A stretch of DNA of 64,000 nucleotides from Candidatus Bathyarchaeota archaeon (GCA_937873375.1 CALMWK010000125.1:24870-88869); one strand, 5' to 3'. Positions 47,555 through 58,442 are shown, counted from the stretch's first letter. Numbers and translations: made by a program. Notes: generated by a model from the sequence alone, not told the origin.

Positions 47555-48616
47555 TTATGTTTTCTCTGGGGCTTGTGGCGGGGTGGGCATTGTTTTTTGT
47601 TTGCGCTTGTAGTAAGCCAACGGATGCCGAATCCATCGACACAACTCATCATTGTTCACACAAACGCCATGAGTTTGAAGCGTGGAGCAACTTGGCGGCG
47701 TGTACGCAGTTCCAGAGCCTTTCTCTCCAGCTATATGTTCAACTTGGTACAGTGTTAGCCGTGCATTATAGTCGGAGAACGTCTTGAAAACTTCCGCAAC
47801 TTTTTCCGGAGGCATCCCAATAGTGACCAAAAACGAAGTTAGCGTGAACCTGCCAACATGGGAAAGGTGCCGACCTTTTGATGCTTCTTCGTAAAGCGCC
47901 ACAATGCAGGGTGGAAAAGCGGATTGGGAAACAACTTTGGGGAAACCGCCCATTTCCGCTTCACCAATTTTGTCCTTGGCTAAGACGTTTAGCTGCTCAG
48001 CGATTTCCACCACTTTCTGCGGAAACGGCGGAAGCTCTTTTGTATCTAATCTTTTGTCTATGCGTCTTTGAACTTCTTCCTGCAGCAACCGTGCAACGTC
48101 GTGCTGGTTGAGGTAAACCTTGCCGTCAACCAAAAAACGGTTGATGAGTTTCCATTTTTCATCCCGCAAGTGCGTGACGTTACGCAAGTAGTCAGCAAAA
48201 CCCAAAACAAACTCCAAAGGAATCGAAGAATCGCGGTTTAGCTCTATGTCCCAGTCAAAATTTCGGGCAAGAGCCAGCAACTTCTCGCTGGACTCAAATT
48301 GAAAATCACTATGAGCTTGTTTTGCCTCGGCGAGGGCGTAGCGTTTTTTTATGAAACTGTTTTTGGTTGCTAACGCCAATATAATGGCTACGGGAAAAGA
48401 AGGAATCTCCACGGGATTTTCGCGTCTTTGACCAGTGGAAACGTACAAAATTGCGTGGTTGACCCGCTCTTCGGCTCGGCTTAGAATGCTGCCCAATTCA
48501 GGGCTGGTTAATTCTTCGATGTCTAAGCCTATTTTTCCCATGTATTCAGCAGTTTCTTTCAGGAACGGGTATTTCGCCAAATCGTTTGGTGTGAACTTCA
48601 CCGGTTCCAATTGCAT
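47555..48616 (-). CDS. priL: DNA primase large subunit
   Basis: AKYPF, FPPCI, HVGRF, YQVEHI, PPSC..L...GVC...C..IRHPL. Confidence 0.96.
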   Translation of the reverse strand: MQLEPVKFTPNDLAKYPFLKETAEYMGKIGLDIEELTSPELGSILSRAEERVNHAILYVSTGQRRENPVEIPSFPVAIILALATKNSFIKKRYALAEAKQAHSDFQFESSEKLLALARNFDWDIELNRDSSIPLEFVLGFADYLRNVTHLRDEKWKLINRFLVDGKVYLNQHDVARLLQEEVQRRIDKRLDTKELPPFPQKVVEIAEQLNVLAKDKIGEAEMGGFPKVVSQSAFPPCIVALYEEASKGRHLSHVGRFTLTSFLVTIGMPPEKVAEVFKTFSDYNARLTLYQVEHIAGEKGSGTAYTPPSCSTLQTHGVCVNNDELCRWIRHPLAYYKRKQKTMPTPPQAPEKT

Positions 48617-48629
48617 AGCGTGTTTCTCA

Positions 48630-49385
48630 TCAATCTGTTTCGATTCGCGGTGCCAAGAAGAAGGTCAACTTGCCCTCTTTCTGTTGCTGAAAGTCTATTC
48701 GTATGGGCATGTCTGTGGAAAACTCAAGCGTGGCAATATCTGAGGTGGCTGAAGCAGCCTTAATTATCTCAGCCAAGTAGCTCAGGCTGAAAGTTGCTTT
48801 TGACCCTTCTTTAGCCTCCAGTTCCAACAGTGCGTCGTTTCCTTTTTGCAGAGTAATTGTTGCACCCATCAAGTCGCCTGCAGCGTTAAGAACCAGCTTC
48901 TCAGGGTCAGCTTCAATTCGGACGTGGTCACTTACTAGTTGAGCATCTTCTATTGCTTGGCTCAAGCCCTGAGTTGTGGTTTTAGCTTTAACGTTGAAAG
49001 CTATTTTTGGTGTGGGCACTTCCTCTTCAGAAGCTTCCAACGTGGGCATTGTGAAGTCTCGGCTGTACTTGCCAGTTATTTTAACCTGTAAACGTCCAGT
49101 TTTGTCGTCAAGAGATAACTCGACAGCTTCGTCTTTGCTGGCGCGTTTGAGAAGTTTGAGCAGTTCACTGATGTTTATGCACATCTTTGTGGGTTCGTTG
49201 CAGACATACTCTTCGAAGATTGTTTTTGGCCATTCAAAATCAATCATGGCAACGCGTGAAGGATCCATTGCCCGCAGTTTTAACCCATCGGGTTCAATTT
49301 TGAAGGTTGCTTCGTCTACTAGAATTGAGATTGCTGTTGCCATGTCTCTTAGGAGTTTGGCGTCTGTAACTTTGAGCTTAAACAT
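48630..49385 (-). CDS. pcn: sliding clamp PCNA
   Basis: RAMDPSRVAM, FSLSYL, DMPIRI, FFLAPR. Confidence 0.98.
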   Translation of the reverse strand: MFKLKVTDAKLLRDMATAISILVDEATFKIEPDGLKLRAMDPSRVAMIDFEWPKTIFEEYVCNEPTKMCINISELLKLLKRASKDEAVELSLDDKTGRLQVKITGKYSRDFTMPTLEASEEEVPTPKIAFNVKAKTTTQGLSQAIEDAQLVSDHVRIEADPEKLVLNAAGDLMGATITLQKGNDALLELEAKEGSKATFSLSYLAEIIKAASATSDIATLEFSTDMPIRIDFQQQKEGKLTFFLAPRIETD

Positions 49386-49675
49386 TACTGCTTCCTCTCT
49401 TAATGCATATACGGTTATGCTTTAAAGACTTACGCACTTAAGCATGATTCTTATAGATAAAAGTATTCTTGAAAGAAGCTAAAGGTTTCTCAGCTAAATA
49501 GTTTCGGAAAAGAGCATCTGCGCGTGGAAATAATTGTGAAGATTTACAGAAGCATCGGAAACCATTTTGAAAAGTTACAATGTAGCTTTGCTCGCATGCG
49601 GCTGTTGATAACTTAAAAGTGGCAAAGTCGAAGCTCTTAAAATAAAAAAAGGAAACGGGTTTGGGTTGGAACTTG

Positions 49676-50059
49676 TTAGACGTATTTCTTGCAGTTGTAG
49701 CAATACCATCTCTGATACTGCTGGATGTAATTCAGCGGGTTCCTACATGTTGGGCACACTGGCTGTTGAGTTTGCTGAGCCTGCTGAACGGGCTGAGCAG
49801 TTTGAACCGTGGACATTGTTTCAGCTGCACGCGCGGCAACTGGCTTAAGAACCACAAAGTCTACTGCGCCCTGAATGTTGTCCCAAGCGATATCCTGAAG
49901 GTCTCCGTTTTCGTCTTCTACACTTAACGAGATTCCCGCTTTCCCAACGGTGAAGCCGACATCTTTGACTGTTCCAACAAGTTTTCCGTCTGCACTAACA
50001 ACTTTCATGTCTATGAGTTTGTCTTTGGTTACACTCTTTTCTTTCTGCTGTTTCGACAT
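49676..50059 (-). CDS. PRC-barrel protein with C-terminal Zn ribbon
   Basis: LIDMKVVSADGKLVGTVKDV PRC barrel; Q-rich linker; CPTC...WYCYNC; start moved to ATG 50059. Confidence 0.85.
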   Translation of the reverse strand: MSKQQKEKSVTKDKLIDMKVVSADGKLVGTVKDVGFTVGKAGISLSVEDENGDLQDIAWDNIQGAVDFVVLKPVAARAAETMSTVQTAQPVQQAQQTQQPVCPTCRNPLNYIQQYQRWYCYNCKKYV

Positions 50060-50179
50060 GGAAACACCTAGAAAACAGTATTCGACAGCTATGGCTATAA
50101 AGCTTTCATATGCTTCCCTTGGGAGAAAATCATAAATAGCGAACGCACGCAGAGATAACATTCGGAGAAATGAAGAAAA

Positions 50180-50695
50180 ATGGCATCACAAAGTTCTGAA
50201 TTTGACGTGAATCATTGGATCTACCGCTTTCTGGCGCTAGTCGTTGACTACATAATTGTTGGGATACTAGGGTGGGTTATCTTCAATTACGCTGTGGCAC
50301 CACTCCTCTGGACCATAAACTTTGGATATGGAATTACAGCCTTAGCAGTACCATGGTGGGGTAGCGTATTTGTTTACCCTTTAATCAGTGGCATAATTTG
50401 GCTAATTTACTCTGCTGTTCTGGATGTTTCATGGGGTGCAACAATTGGCAAAAGAGTCTTAGGCTTACAAGTACAGATGCTCAACGGCGGCAAAGTAGAC
50501 TTCGGCAAAGCCTTCATGCGCAACATAAGCAAAATTCATCCGCTTTTCCTCCTACTAGACTGGATAATAGGAATCGCTACTCCCGGAGCTGACCGCCGAC
50601 AGAAATACACCGACCGCATGGCAGGAACCACAGTTGTTTCCATAAAGCAACCCTTTGCAACGGGTGTACCGCCGCCACCACCGCCACCAACCTGA
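50180..50695 (+). CDS. RDD-family membrane protein
   Basis: RFLALVVD, GATIGKRVLGL, RN, QKYTDRMAGT; poly-Pro tail. Confidence 0.9.
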   Translation: MASQSSEFDVNHWIYRFLALVVDYIIVGILGWVIFNYAVAPLLWTINFGYGITALAVPWWGSVFVYPLISGIIWLIYSAVLDVSWGATIGKRVLGLQVQMLNGGKVDFGKAFMRNISKIHPLFLLLDWIIGIATPGADRRQKYTDRMAGTTVVSIKQPFATGVPPPPPPPT

Positions 50696-50863
50696 CAGAG
50701 TTAGATTTTAAACTAAATTTTCCCCCTTTCTCTTTTCCAATAGAGTTGTTGTAGTTTGGTTTTTGTGAACAGACAGTGCTATGCCTGTTTCGCCTGATTA
50801 AAAGTTTGAAAATAGGAAATGAAAGTTGAGGTGTGTGCTTCTTTTTAGGAGATGAGACGAAGG

Positions 50864-51217
50864 CTAGCTGTATTCTCGGAACGTGTAGTTGCATTTTGTG
50901 CATCGCAGGAACTGTGTGGAGGATTCGTCTGCGCCTCGGGTCTGTACTTGCCAGACGTATGCGGTGTTGTTGCTGCATTTTGGGCACTCTATTCTGACGG
51001 TGGGAAGCGTGTTTAGTTTCTGTTCTTCTTTTCCGATGACGGCAACAAACTGTTGGGGCGTGTGTTGTATGACTTTGCGGATTTTAGGTTCAATTTTTTT
51101 GCCTACTTCTGCTTTTTTGTATCCGCATTTTGGACAGACAAGCGCTAAAGAAGCTTCTTTTCCGTTCTTGGCTTTCTTCGGTTCAAGACGGGACCCACAC
51201 TTCGGACAAAACTCCAT
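50864..51217 (-). CDS. tfs: transcription factor S (TFS/RpoM)
   Basis: MEFCPKCG, CPKC, QTRGADE, CTKC. Confidence 0.96.
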   Translation of the reverse strand: MEFCPKCGSRLEPKKAKNGKEASLALVCPKCGYKKAEVGKKIEPKIRKVIQHTPQQFVAVIGKEEQKLNTLPTVRIECPKCSNNTAYVWQVQTRGADESSTQFLRCTKCNYTFREYS

Positions 51218-51283
51218 ATTCAACTACTCCGTTTTTGTTTTCCCTTTGCATGATGCTTCTTAACTTTTTCATAGTGTAAGTGG

Positions 51284-51880
51284 CTACGTTGTATATAGGC
51301 TTATTCCAGATGCGATCAGGTGGGCTACGCGGAGGGCTTCGGGGATGTTGCTTCTTGTGGAGGTTAGCCGTATGATTTCTTGGGCGGTTTCTTTGGGGAT
51401 GCCTGCGGTTTCGATGTGTATTGTTTGTTTTCCGCTTCGGGCTTTGATGGGGTAGATTTCGCCTGCGTTGAGGACTACTTGCCAGCGTTCTTGGCTGTTG
51501 GGTAAGTTTTCCAGTGCTTTTTTGACTTTGTCGAGGTCTGGTTTTTTGTTGGTTACAGCTATAACGGGAAGCTGGGTTGCTGTGTTGAGGGCTTGGATGT
51601 CTACCACGTTGAAGCCTGCGAAGGTTATGCCGTTGAGCAGTACTACGCGGAGTTGTTTGTAGTGGGGCGAGTTAGTTATCATTTGGGCAATTTTGGCTGT
51701 AGCATCAAAATCATCCACTCTAACTCGGGTGTGCATGATGCCGTCGAACCAGTAGCCACCTCGGAAAACAACGCCGACGATGAGAACGTGGTCTTTTGTG
51801 TGGGGGATGAATTTGCCGTCGTCGACTCCTAAAACGCGGATTTCAGGTTTAATTATGTGCAGGGGTCTATGGCGGTTCAA
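51284..51880 (-). CDS. DUF99 family (endonuclease V-like) protein
   Basis: RVLGVDDG, GITFAGFNVVD, IPEALRVAHLIA. Confidence 0.92.
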   Translation of the reverse strand: MNRHRPLHIIKPEIRVLGVDDGKFIPHTKDHVLIVGVVFRGGYWFDGIMHTRVRVDDFDATAKIAQMITNSPHYKQLRVVLLNGITFAGFNVVDIQALNTATQLPVIAVTNKKPDLDKVKKALENLPNSQERWQVVLNAGEIYPIKARSGKQTIHIETAGIPKETAQEIIRLTSTRSNIPEALRVAHLIASGISLYTT

Positions 51881-51945
51881 AATTCTGCCTCGGTGCTTGA
51901 GAGAGGCTATTGTTTGTTTGTGTTTTTAAGTTTAGCGAGTGCGTT

Positions 51946-52151
51946 TTTTGTGCTCGGTGTAGTCTATAGCCCCCTTATTTATAGAATCCAACATGCTTCT
52001 GGTAGGGTCGCTATGGTTTTGCTCTGCCCTTAATCTCCTACCCGTTTCCCACAACCAACACTAACAAAAATTGACCTCTGATAGGTCCCTATCGTTTTCA
52101 CCTACCCCCCCTCTATCGTTTCTGCATCGATTGACTAATAGGCTCCAAATA
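51946..52151 (+). repeat. composite dispersed repeat locus (upstream module, degenerate copy, copy C at 52071-52151)
   Basis: ttgac...gataggtccctatc...ctacccccc...taataggctccaaata matches copies A and B. Confidence 0.75.
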
Positions 52152-52273
52152 CGATGGCGTTAACTATGCACGGAACAGACAGCAGAACATCTTGTCCTAA
52201 GAACTGGCACGTTTTGTTCTAAGGCATGGCGCTATAAACTGCCTCCGCAATAAGTGTGAAACGGTGAAAACAC

Positions 52274-52729
52274 ATGAAGCACCCCAAATTAGTCTCCCTC
52301 ATAGTCATGCTAATTGTTTTCAGCAGCGTCGCAGGCGTATGCTGGGCACTAAGCACCGCACATGAACCCGATGAGCAATCAGGCAACCCGATGCCGCAGT
52401 TTAGGTTTCACGAGCAAATACGCGACGCCGCCATAGCTTACATCAGCGACAATCATCCTGAAACCGGGCAGTTCACGGATAGCTTTGCTTGGGCAGGCGG
52501 AAGAGCAACCCCCGAGGGTCTCCTAGGCGCAGAAACCTACATCTACCAAAGCCAAGGCTGGAATGTAACAATACACTACACGGTAGTTGCAAATCCAGTC
52601 TACAGCATAACCGCAGACTACTCAGCCCAAACATCACCAGAAGAGTTCGGGATTCCCTACAGGATACTCTGGGAAGGCACTTGGAAAAACGGCTGCATCA
52701 TAGAGACAAGCTACTGCTTTGCCCAATAA
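52274..52729 (+). CDS. secreted/membrane-anchored protein with one copy of an unknown ~110 aa domain
   Basis: Signal/TM helix then EQIRDAAIAYI..NHPET...W.GGR.T.EGL.GAETY. Confidence 0.85.
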   Translation: MKHPKLVSLIVMLIVFSSVAGVCWALSTAHEPDEQSGNPMPQFRFHEQIRDAAIAYISDNHPETGQFTDSFAWAGGRATPEGLLGAETYIYQSQGWNVTIHYTVVANPVYSITADYSAQTSPEEFGIPYRILWEGTWKNGCIIETSYCFAQ

Positions 52730-52849
52730 ACACCACACAGCATAAGCAACCCGCCAGTTCACCCTTTGTAAGCTAAGAAATTTGAGCTTAGCCCCGAAGA
52801 AAGGTGTTATATAGCGATTCCTAATATTCTATAAAGATAGGCGAGAAAC

Positions 52850-53704
52850 ATGAAACAGCAAACCCTTTTAATAATCCTAGCTGTAGCAGCCATCGTCATC
52901 ATAGCTGGCGGATTCGGCGCTTGGACACTTCTTAACTCCAATCAACCCAGCAGCTCTACTGCTACACCTTCACCCACTGCCACAACCACACCAGAGCCTT
53001 CTTCCTCACCAGAGGATACTGTTCAGCAACAGGTTCGTGACGCATCCATGACTTACATCAAAACCAATCATCCTGAAACCGAGCAGCTCATGACAGACCT
53101 TTCTTGGACTGGAGGCAGACAAGAAACGGGTTTGATAGGAGCAGAAACATACGTTTACGAAACCGTACACGGCATGATTGGCGGTCAATGGTGGACAGTT
53201 AACCTTGCGTATCCCGTGGTTCCTAACCCAGTGTATACGGTAGCGGTAAATTACACGCAATCAGGTGTAGCGTCACCCGTTAATATCGTTTGGCAGGGAA
53301 CATACCAAGACGGAACTATAACCGAAACCAGCTATAGCTCAAACATAAACAGCCTACCTGCCCCGTTATCCACTCAGGAACAGGTCCGAGACGACATCAT
53401 GGTCTACATAGAAGCAAACCACAACCAGACCGCACAGTACATGCAAAGCCTCAACTGGACAGGTGGAAGAGCAACCGCTGAAGGGCTTGTAGGCGCAGAA
53501 ACATATGTTTACGAAACCGTTCACGGTATGCTTGGGGGACAATGGTGGACTGTTGACCTTGCGTATCCTGTGGTTCTAAACCCAGTGTATACGGTGTCAG
53601 CAAACTACACGCAATCAGGCTTGTTATCACCCGTAGCTATTGCTTGGCAAGGAACATGGCAAAACGGAACCATAACAGAAACAAGCTACACCTTCACCCC
53701 TTAG
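52850..53704 (+). CDS. secreted/membrane-anchored protein with two tandem copies of the same domain
   Basis: N-terminal TM, S/T/P linker, two QVRD...WTGGR...GAETYVY...WQGT repeats. Confidence 0.9.
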   Translation: MKQQTLLIILAVAAIVIIAGGFGAWTLLNSNQPSSSTATPSPTATTTPEPSSSPEDTVQQQVRDASMTYIKTNHPETEQLMTDLSWTGGRQETGLIGAETYVYETVHGMIGGQWWTVNLAYPVVPNPVYTVAVNYTQSGVASPVNIVWQGTYQDGTITETSYSSNINSLPAPLSTQEQVRDDIMVYIEANHNQTAQYMQSLNWTGGRATAEGLVGAETYVYETVHGMLGGQWWTVDLAYPVVLNPVYTVSANYTQSGLLSPVAIAWQGTWQNGTITETSYTFTP

Positions 53705-53850
53705 CACATTGATAAGGCTCTCAGACCGCAAAAGTCCCACTTTCTTCTTTTTTCTTTTGCTTTAGCGGATTCGTGATAAGTTTTTAAGCCAAACCAGCAT
53801 ACTACGAGCAACACACAAAAGCCAAGACCCACTAATACCTCAGGGAGGAG

Positions 53851-55149
53851 ATGCAAATCCGAGTAATCGCCGACCTACACATCCACAGCCGTTATAGCCG
53901 AGCCACCAGCCAACAGCTGAGCATAAAAGAAATCGCGCGTTACGCAAAAATTAAAGGCTTGCAGCTTGTGGGCACAGGCGATTTTACGCATCCCCTCTGG
54001 CTCAGAGAAATACGCGAAACCCTCACCTCTGACGCAGACTCTGGGCTCTACAAACTAATCGGCAATCCTGAAGTGCCTATGCGTTTCATGTTAACTACAG
54101 AAGCCTGCACAATCTTCAACTACAATAACCAATCAAAAAAGGTCCACCACGTCATCTTCACTCCAAGCATAGACCACGCCGTCCAAATCAACGATAAACT
54201 CTGCAAATACGGCAGCCTCAGCGCAGACGGCAGACCCATTCTAAACATGACCGCCCCACAACTGGTCGAGGAAGTGATGCAGGTCTCAACTGAAAACATG
54301 ATTTTCCCCGCTCACGCTTGGACGCCTTGGTTCAGCGTTTTCGGAGCTTTCAGCGGCTTTGACAGCATTGACGACTGCTACCAAGACATGACCAAACACA
54401 TCTACGCATTGGAAACGGGTCTCTCCTCAGACCCGCCTATGAATTGGCGCCTCAGTAAGCTGGACAGGTTCACGTTGGTTTCGAACAGCGATAGCCACAG
54501 TTTTTGGCCGTGGCGCATGGGCAGAGAAGCCAACGTCTTCGAACTGGAACGTGTAACCTACGGGGAAGTCACAGACGCTATCCGCACCAAAGATACCAAA
54601 CGCTTCAAATTCACAATCGAAACTGACCCTGCCTACGGGAAATACCATTGGACGGGGCACCGCAACTGCAACGTGTCCCTCTCGCCTGCGGAAGCACGCA
54701 AATTCAGCAACATCTGCCCTGTCTGCCGCCGAAAACTCACCGAAGGCGTTGAGCAAAGAGTGGAAGACTTGGCAGACCGCCCAGCAGAATTCAAAGACTC
54801 CAACGCGCCTGGGTTCATGCGTTTAATGCCTCTTTCAGAGATTATAGCCGCTGTTTTGAATGTTGAGTCTCCTTCAACTCAGGCGGTTTGGAAAATCTAC
54901 AATTCCCTTGTGGACAACTTCGGCGACGAGTACACGGTGCTCATTGACGCGCCAAAAGAGACATTGAACCAAGTGGTAGACCAACCCGTAGCAGCCGCAA
55001 TAATCAGTGTCCGAGAAGGCTCCGTTAAGGTGGTTCCTGGCTACGACGGGGTTTACGGCAAACTTGTCCTCAGCCCCCCTGCTGGCGCTTCGGCTCCTAA
55101 TCTTTTGCGGGGAAGTGTACAACAAAAGAACCTTGCCGACTTTTGGTAA
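53851..55149 (+). CDS. endoQ: endonuclease Q family (PHP + Zn finger)
   Basis: DLHIHS, GTGDF, PAHAWTPW, GLSSD, SNSDSHS, GKYH, CPVC..L..GV. Confidence 0.9.
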   Translation: MQIRVIADLHIHSRYSRATSQQLSIKEIARYAKIKGLQLVGTGDFTHPLWLREIRETLTSDADSGLYKLIGNPEVPMRFMLTTEACTIFNYNNQSKKVHHVIFTPSIDHAVQINDKLCKYGSLSADGRPILNMTAPQLVEEVMQVSTENMIFPAHAWTPWFSVFGAFSGFDSIDDCYQDMTKHIYALETGLSSDPPMNWRLSKLDRFTLVSNSDSHSFWPWRMGREANVFELERVTYGEVTDAIRTKDTKRFKFTIETDPAYGKYHWTGHRNCNVSLSPAEARKFSNICPVCRRKLTEGVEQRVEDLADRPAEFKDSNAPGFMRLMPLSEIIAAVLNVESPSTQAVWKIYNSLVDNFGDEYTVLIDAPKETLNQVVDQPVAAAIISVREGSVKVVPGYDGVYGKLVLSPPAGASAPNLLRGSVQQKNLADFW

Positions 55150-55253
55150 CCATGGAGACGCATGGTGTTTTGTCTGTTCCTCTGTTTAACAGCTTAAAGA
55201 CAATGCTTATTAAATCGCAGAAAGTCGATGAAGGCGTTGGAATCTGGTGGTTT

Positions 55254-55586
55254 ATGAGCAACTTGAACGCCGACGGGGCAGAGCAGGTTTTCAGAGCAGT
55301 AGATAACGTTCTGAGGCAAGTGATAGGCGAAAAAGCTACCCTGCTGGTTTACAAGTATTTGGAAAGTCGCTTCTCTTTGCGAACAAGCGAGTTTTCAACA
55401 AAAGCTGAAGTGCTCGCGGAAGGGCTCAGATGTTTTCTGTGCTCAGGCGCGCCCCTTGTCGAACGCAAAATCCTCAATGACCTATACTCCAGCTGCGGTA
55501 TTTGCAACAAGATGGCCATTGCAAAAGCAGAAGCTCCATACGATTTTGCCAGCCAAGTTAGATTCGCCCTGCAGAACGCCAACTAA
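55254..55586 (+). CDS. small hypothetical protein (DUF3227-like)
   Basis: AVD.VL..VIGE.A...YKYLE...L....G..LVE pattern; start moved to ATG 55254. Confidence 0.6.
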   Translation: MSNLNADGAEQVFRAVDNVLRQVIGEKATLLVYKYLESRFSLRTSEFSTKAEVLAEGLRCFLCSGAPLVERKILNDLYSSCGICNKMAIAKAEAPYDFASQVRFALQNAN

Positions 55587-55695
55587 CTATTTTTTCTGAA
55601 AACCTGGCTGCCCAATTTTATCCCTTCAAGCCTAAACAAAACCATTTTATCCTCTGTACCCATCTGTTTTAGGCAATGTACGGAGCAACTGCTAC

Positions 55696-57081
55696 TTGAA
55701 AGACCTTCTAACCAAACTAACCAACACAGCAACAGGCAAGTTCGGCGCTGAATACGCAGAAATCCGAGCGCAAAACCTCTCCAAAACCATGTTCACCATG
55801 AAAGAAGGCCGCGTGGAAGCCGCCAAACAGGGCGTCGAAAGCGGCGTTGCACTGCGTGTGCTTGTGAAGGGCGCTTGGGGTTTCGCCTCGGTCGGTGCAA
55901 TGGACAGTGAGACGTTGATGGATGCTCTTTCGGACGCTTGCTCTATGGCGAAAGCAGCGAGTGCCCATATGAAAAGTCCGATTAAGCTTGCTGCAACGAA
56001 AGCCGTGGAAGACCACGTTCAAATTAAACCAAAGAGGAATCCTGCGGAGATAAGCATCGAAGAAAAAATAAAAACCGTTTCCGCGATAAACAAAGTTGCC
56101 TTAACCTTTGATAAACGCGTGAAGAGCTGCACCATAGACTACTTGGACCTGACTGGAACCAGCTTCTTCGCCAACAGCGACGGCTCCTACATAGAACAAG
56201 ACAAACTCTATGTCTGGTCAAAACTGGCTGCAACTGCCCAGCAAAGCGGTGTTTTCACTCACAGTCGAGACGAATTAGGCTCCACCGCAGGATACGAACT
56301 CTTCGACACAGAAACCCCCGAAGCCTTAGGCGAAAAGTTGGCGAAACGGGCAGTTAACCAGTTAAAAGCGAAGCCTCCTAAAGGCGGCGCGTTCCCTGTG
56401 GTGCTTGGACCTAACGTGGTGGGCGTTTTTGTTCATGAGGCTTTTGGTCACTTGGCAGAGGCTGATTTGGCTCTTTCAGGTGGCGTGTTGGCGAGCAATT
56501 TGGGGAAGAAGATAGCTTCTGACTTGGTTACTTTCTACGATGACGGAACAGTGAACGGCGCTTTTGGCTCTTTCAAATACGACGACGAAGGCGTACCCGC
56601 CAAGAAAAGCCTACTCATAAAAGACGGCGTCGTAACTGGCTTGATGCATAACCGTGAAACCGCGCAGAAATTCAACGCTGAACCAACAGGCAACGCAAGG
56701 GCAGAAGATTTTAAGGTCGAACCCATCATCCGCATGCGCAACACATACTTTGCGCCCCGAGACTGCGCCTTCGAAGAACTAATTGAAGACGTGAAGGCGG
56801 GTTATTACTTTAAGAGTTTCCGCGGAGGACAAGCCAGCCTTGACGGAGGCTTCCAAGTTGGCATCCAAGAAGCCTGCGAAATAGTCAACGGGGAACTCGG
56901 AGAACCTGTCCGTGACGCCTCCATCAGCGGCAACACACTGGAGACCTTGTTTAAGGTTGACGCGGTTGGAAAAGACTTTGAACTCCACTCAGGACGATGC
57001 GGGAAAGGTCAAACCGCCTTTATAGGCGACGGCGGACCACACATCAGAGTTAACGAGGTGACTGTCGGTGGTAGCGCTTGA
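55696..57081 (+). CDS. tldD: TldD metalloprotease
   Basis: [29 protein letters not shown]. Confidence 0.95.
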   Translation: MKDLLTKLTNTATGKFGAEYAEIRAQNLSKTMFTMKEGRVEAAKQGVESGVALRVLVKGAWGFASVGAMDSETLMDALSDACSMAKAASAHMKSPIKLAATKAVEDHVQIKPKRNPAEISIEEKIKTVSAINKVALTFDKRVKSCTIDYLDLTGTSFFANSDGSYIEQDKLYVWSKLAATAQQSGVFTHSRDELGSTAGYELFDTETPEALGEKLAKRAVNQLKAKPPKGGAFPVVLGPNVVGVFVHEAFGHLAEADLALSGGVLASNLGKKIASDLVTFYDDGTVNGAFGSFKYDDEGVPAKKSLLIKDGVVTGLMHNRETAQKFNAEPTGNARAEDFKVEPIIRMRNTYFAPRDCAFEELIEDVKAGYYFKSFRGGQASLDGGFQVGIQEACEIVNGELGEPVRDASISGNTLETLFKVDAVGKDFELHSGRCGKGQTAFIGDGGPHIRVNEVTVGGSA

Positions 57082-58435
57082 AAAAGACGCAATGTTGAGT
57101 CTGGCAGAGAAAACCGTCAAAGCTGCCCTGCAAAAGGGGGCTGCAGAAGCTGAAGTTTTCGTTTATGATGGCAAAGCCACAAGCGTTGGCATAGAGCGGG
57201 GGCAAATCACCAAAAGCGACAGGATAATCGACCGAGGTATCGGCGTTAGGGTTCAACTTAACAAAGCCATAGGGTTCGCTTACACAAACATTGTAGACAA
57301 CCAAACCGCCGTCGAAAACACAATTCTGAACGCTTTGGGCGCAGCACGAGCCAGCAAACCCGACCCAGACTGGAAAGGACTCCCAGAAAGACGACCGTAT
57401 CCTGCGGCGCTGGAGAAAACCTTTGACAAAAAAATTTTTGATTTACGCTCCGAAGACTTGGTTGATGTGGCTTCCCGTCTGCTAGATGCCTCCACAGAAG
57501 CCGACAAGCGTGTTTTTCCCATTGAAGGGGGCGCGGGTGCGGCATACGGGGCTAACGTCATAGTTAACTCAAACGGCATCTCAGCTTTTGACCAAGGAAC
57601 CGTGGTGGAATGCAGTTTAGCCGCCATAGCCAAAGAAGGCAACACTGTGACGCCCGTGTGTTTCGAATTCAGCGCCGAAAGAAACTACAAAATCAATCCT
57701 GAATGGGTCGGCAAAGAAGCGGCGCGCCTCGCGGTTTCCGCGTTGAAAACCAAGCGCATCGAAACCAAAACCTACAAACTCATCTTCACCCAGTTCGCGC
57801 TGCAGGAGTTGCTCTATTACACGTTAATTAACGCGGTTAAAGCCGACAACGTCCAGCGGAACCAGTCAGCCTTCAAAGACAAACTCGGCACCAAAGTCGG
57901 CTCAGACACACTTACCATATACGATGATGGTTTGCTTGTGGGCGGGTTGCGCACAGGAATCTTTGACGGAGAAGGTTCTCCGCGGCAAAAAACCACCGTT
58001 ATGGAAAAGGGTGTTCTGCGCAGTTTCCTCTATGACAACTACACCGCCAAGAAAGAGGGCAAAGAGAGCACGGGAAACGCTTCAAGGGCAGGGTACTTGT
58101 CAACGCCCAGTGTTGAAACCACAAACTTCCACATACTCCCAGGCGACAAGACACCCTACGAGATGCTCAGCGAAGTGGATGACGGCTTAATCGTTTACTA
58201 CCTGCAGGGCGCCCACAGCAGCAACCCTGTGAGTGGCGAGTTCTCGGTTGTGGCGACGCCAGCGTGGAGAATCAAAAAAGGCAAAATAGAACACGCCACC
58301 CGCGGCGTCATGCTCGCAGGCAACATCTTCGAGCTGCTCAAAAATGTCAGCGCCGCAGCCGATAACGAGAGGAAAATGGGGCAACTGGTTGCGCCGTGGC
58401 TTATGGTAGAAAACGTTCGCGTCATTGGAAAATAA
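57068..58435 (+). CDS. pmbA: PmbA/TldE partner subunit
   Basis: [26 protein letters not shown]; no HExxH. Confidence 0.93.
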   Translation: MVALEKDAMLSLAEKTVKAALQKGAAEAEVFVYDGKATSVGIERGQITKSDRIIDRGIGVRVQLNKAIGFAYTNIVDNQTAVENTILNALGAARASKPDPDWKGLPERRPYPAALEKTFDKKIFDLRSEDLVDVASRLLDASTEADKRVFPIEGGAGAAYGANVIVNSNGISAFDQGTVVECSLAAIAKEGNTVTPVCFEFSAERNYKINPEWVGKEAARLAVSALKTKRIETKTYKLIFTQFALQELLYYTLINAVKADNVQRNQSAFKDKLGTKVGSDTLTIYDDGLLVGGLRTGIFDGEGSPRQKTTVMEKGVLRSFLYDNYTAKKEGKESTGNASRAGYLSTPSVETTNFHILPGDKTPYEMLSEVDDGLIVYYLQGAHSSNPVSGEFSVVATPAWRIKKGKIEHATRGVMLAGNIFELLKNVSAAADNERKMGQLVAPWLMVENVRVIGK

Positions 58436-58442
58436 GCGGGCG

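Noticed and set aside
55696..58435. TldD/PmbA as part of a RiPP cluster
   Set aside because: No precursor peptide, YcaO or other maturase nearby; the pair is common housekeeping
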